Assembly: GCA_965261595.1 (NCBI GenBank) | Contig: CBDHDG010000006.1 | Location: forward strand, 960,001 to 1,024,000 | Direction: 5' to 3' | Origin: a bacterium | GTDB taxonomy: Bacteria > UBA8248 > JACPRG01 > G963555815 | Length of the DNA stretch: 64,000 nt | Shown here: one piece after another, positions 61,157 to 64,000 of the stretch | Layout of the letters: each line of letters opens with the position of its first letter | Numbering within the stretch: position 1 is the first letter of the stretch | Position numbers and translations under genes: made by a program | Notes under the pieces: generated by a model | Databases searched by the model: none | Told to the model about the DNA's origin: nothing | The model's input: the letters and a program-made list of their open reading frames with translations, nothing else

Positions 61157-62135
61157 ATGCCGCCCCCATCGTCCCGTTCCGTATCTCCCGCCGCCGACAT
61201 CGCCGCCGCGCTCGGCGCGTGCGCCGAGGCCGTCTGCCGGCGTTACCTGCCCCAGGGCAAAAAGCAGGGCCGGTACTGGGTCGCCGGCGATCTCGAAGGC
61301 GCTCGCGGCCGCTCGCTCTTCGTCCGCCTGCACGGTCCCGGCGTCCCCGGGAAGTGGACCGACGCGGCCACCGGAGAGCACGGGGACCTGCTCGATCTCG
61401 TCCGGCATCGCTCGGGCGCGCCGACGCTTCGCGCGGCGCTCGCCGAGGCCCGCGCCTTCCTCGCCCTGCCGGCTCCGCCGGCGCCGGGCGAGGGCTACGA
61501 CGCAACAGAAGCGGCCCGCCGTCTCTGGCGGCCTTGCCGCGCCATCGACGGCACCCATGCCGAAGCCTACCTCCACGCCCGCGGACTCGCGCGCTGCCGG
61601 TTCCCGGCATTGCGCTTCCATCCCGAGCTTCGCTATCGCGAAGGCTCTTCCCAGCGCCGTTTTCCGGCGCTGGTCGCCGCCGTGACCGGCGACGACGGCG
61701 CCATCCACGGCGTGCAGCGCACCTGGCTCGATCCGCGCTTGCCCGCCAAGGCGGACGTCGCGGCCCCGCGCAAGGCGCTCGGCCGCATCCACGGACGCGC
61801 CGTGTGCTTCGGCAAGCCCGCCGACGGTGCTGTCGATCGTCACCGCGGCGCCCGGGGTCATTTCGGCGGCCGCGCTCTCGGCCGGAAGCCTCGGCGCCTT
61901 CGCTCCACCTGGCGGGCTCAAACAGCTCGTCATCGCCCGCGACAACGATTCCGAGGGGGAGCGGGCCGCCCAACGCCTCGCCCGGCGCTGCGCGCGGGCG
62001 GGCGTCGCCGCCCACGTCATCGTCTCCGAATACGGCGACTTCAACGACGATCTGGTCACTCTCGGACCCCGAGCCCTGGCCCTTCGGCTCGCCGCCCTGT
62101 TCCCCGCGCCTCAGCGGGTCGGAGAGAGGGAGTGA
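61157..62135 (+). pseudogene. Primase-like Toprim protein of ICE/plasmid type, internal deletion or frameshift near 61828
   Basis: YLP.G...G.YW..GD..G..G.SL.V.L, W.D.ATG..GDLLDL, AYL..RG, GV.RTWL, RKALG; then IARDND..G...GDFNDDL in another frame. Confidence 0.75.
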
Positions 62136-62176
62136 AGAGCGGGGGAGGGGTGAACGGCTCCAAAGGAGAAGAGAGC

Positions 62177-62338
62177 ATGGCGCACATCGTCAATCTCAGG
62201 CATGCGCCAGCCCTGCGGGCGGCGCTTCACGGCAAGCCGCTGGCCTTCTGATGCGCGCCGCTGCCCTGCCATGGGCAGGTCCTCGCCCGCGCCGCGGCAT
62301 GGGCGGCCTCCGTCCTGGCGGAACGGAGGGGAGAGTGA
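62177..62338 (+). pseudogene. Internally deleted DUF4326-like fragment
   Basis: LHGKPLAF*CAPLPCHGQVL resembles the L.GK.L.CWC.P..CHG.VL motif, with a stop at the Trp. Confidence 0.55.
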
Positions 62339-62876
62339 AGCGGGAGAGGGGCGAACGCCGCGAGGAGGGAGAGAGAGGGCCCCGGGCACCGGCAACACGG
62401 AAGGAGAACCGAAATGCAATCCGTCACTTTCAAGTGCATCGCCCCGTACGAGTCGAGGGTCTACCACGATGGCAATCTCGCCTGCGAGGTTGCGGAGCCA
62501 CTCGTCGATACGCGTCCGTTGCGGTGACGGGCCATGCCGTCTTCGGGCGATCCCTTCGGGCCGGGATCCCCGCTGCAATCTCCGCTCCGCTCCGATTTTC
62601 GCTTCCATCCCTATCGCCTCCGCTCGCTGGCGCTCGCTGCGCGCTCCTGTACCTCTTATAAGTGACTCTGCGCTTCAATAGCACGGAATTGGGCAGGCCG
62701 CCGGGAGCAACCCTTGCGCGCTCAGTGCCATCAGCACCTCAAGCGGACAGGTGCCCCGGCGGTCCTGCCACGACGGATGCCCCGTGAGGAGTTAGCGCCT
62801 TGAGCGCCAAGTACAGGAGTCGGCAGGCGTCGTGGCAGGCCCAGCCACCATCGCACAGATTAGGGAGGGAGACGAA

Positions 62877-64000
62877 TTGGCAGATCTCAAGTGGTTTGTC
62901 GGAATCGATTGGGGGTCCCGAATCCACCAGGCCTGCATCCTCGACGCGAACGGCGACGTTCGAGCCGAGCATGCGTTCGCCCACGGCGGCGCCGGTTTCG
63001 CCGCGTTGACGGACTGGATTCTGTCCGGCACCGAGGAGGCGCCGGCGGACCAGGTCGGCGTGGCCATCGAGACGCCTCGCGGACCCGTGGTCGAAACGCT
63101 CCTCGGATGCGGCTTCGCCGTTCACTCCATCAACCCCAGGCAACTGGACCGCTTCCGCGACCGTTACTCGCACGCCGGGGCGAAGGACGATCGTCGCGAC
63201 GCCCTGGTGCTGGCGTCGGCGCTACGCACCGACCCGCACCGGCTGCTGCGGGTCAAACCAACGGCTCCCGCAATCGTCGAGCTGCGCGAGTGGTCCCGCA
63301 TCGTCGAGAGCCTGACGCGCGAGCGGGTGCGCCTGTCCAATCGCATGTGCGACCAGCTCTGGCGTTACTACCCCGAGTTCATCAATGTCGTGGAGGACTT
63401 CAATGTTCACTGGGCACTGGCCCTTTGGAACCGCGTGCCGACGCCCGCGGCCGTGCGCGGCGTCCGGCTTTCCACGCTCGAGAAGCTTCTGAAAAAGCAC
63501 CGCGTTCGACGTATCACCGCCGAGGAGCTCCGCGACCAGCTTACCGCGCGCGCCATCGACATCGACCCCAGCGCAATACGCGCCGCCGAGACCCACGCCC
63601 GCATCATTGCGAAGCAGCTTGCGCTCGTGAACCAGCAGTTGACAGAGGCCAACTCACGTCTCGAGGCGCTCGTCACCCAGCTCGCCGAAGCCGCCCCCGA
63701 TCCGGACGAAAGTTCCGAACCGGGGCAACACAAAGAACAGCGTGACGTGGCTATCCTGCGTTCTCTGCCCGGAGTCGGCACGGTTGTCCTCGCCACGCTG
63801 TTCGCAGAGGCCGATGACGCTCTGCAGCGCCGAGACTACCACGCGCTGCGCTGCTTGTGCGGCGTGGCGCCCGTCACCAAGCGCTCCGGCAAGAGCATGC
63901 GCGTCTCCCTCAGACGCGCCGCGCATCGTCGCCTGCGCAATGCCACCTACCATTGGGCACGCGTGGCCATGCAGAAGGACCCCGTCTGCAAAGCCAAGTA
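62877..64000 (+). CDS. IS110-family transposase/recombinase, runs off the window end
   Basis: TTG start after GGGAGGGAG; FVGID, AIETP, KDDRRDA (DEDD); C-terminal SLPGVG...LFAE...GVAPVTKRSGK. Confidence 0.9.
   Translation, partial: MADLKWFVGIDWGSRIHQACILDANGDVRAEHAFAHGGAGFAALTDWILSGTEEAPADQVGVAIETPRGPVVETLLGCGFAVHSINPRQLDRFRDRYSHAGAKDDRRDALVLASALRTDPHRLLRVKPTAPAIVELREWSRIVESLTRERVRLSNRMCDQLWRYYPEFINVVEDFNVHWALALWNRVPTPAAVRGVRLSTLEKLLKKHRVRRITAEELRDQLTARAIDIDPSAIRAAETHARIIAKQLALVNQQLTEANSRLEALVTQLAEAAPDPDESSEPGQHKEQRDVAILRSLPGVGTVVLATLFAEADDALQRRDYHALRCLCGVAPVTKRSGKSMRVSLRRAAHRRLRNATYHWARVAMQKDPVCKAK

Noticed and set aside
62249..62251. TGA next to Cys in the DUF4326-like fragment
   Set aside because: Aligns with the Trp of the CWC motif in an internally deleted pseudogene.
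1..64000. CRISPR array, rRNA or tRNA genes
   Set aside because: No regularly spaced repeat-spacer pattern or recognisable structural RNA gene seen.

Overview
GC-rich bacterial chromosome segment in three parts. (1) Housekeeping and metabolic genes: a liv-type ABC transporter, S4 protein, SurA-like PPIase, mfd, aroE, RodZ-like protein, DinG helicase, purH, enoyl-CoA hydratase, two MBL hydrolases, acs, polyprenyl synthase, maf, tandem isochorismatase, maleate-isomerase-like protein, aminotransferase, 2-hydroxyacid dehydrogenase, grxC, shc-hpnG, a Rieske oxygenase and a xanthine-dehydrogenase-family Mo subunit. (2) The main finding, a ~7 kb mer-like heavy-metal operon at 12274-19150 that the ORF track fragments because in-frame TGA codons sit at the metal-binding or redox Cys positions. 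It encodes a UxxC glutaredoxin, a MerP-like lipoprotein with a double-Sec GMTUGAU motif and a second HMA protein with GMTUPKC. It also carries a thioredoxin-like gene whose predicted Sec codon is TAA. SECIS-like hairpins start 15 nt after these codons. The operon has a merOP-like promoter, MerE, MerT, MerF and MerR, and a glutathione-reductase-like flavoprotein in place of a canonical MerA. A c-di-GMP-I riboswitch in front of a small orphan ORF follows it. (3) From about 47.8 kb, a decayed integrative or mobilizable element: IS256 and IS3 copies, tandem tyrosine integrases, mob remnants, nuclease cargo, a Cys-repeat protein, ssb, a Toprim protein and an IS110. The Sec machinery (selABCD) is not in this window, so Sec decoding is an inference. 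All family assignments come from motif recognition by eye, not database searches.
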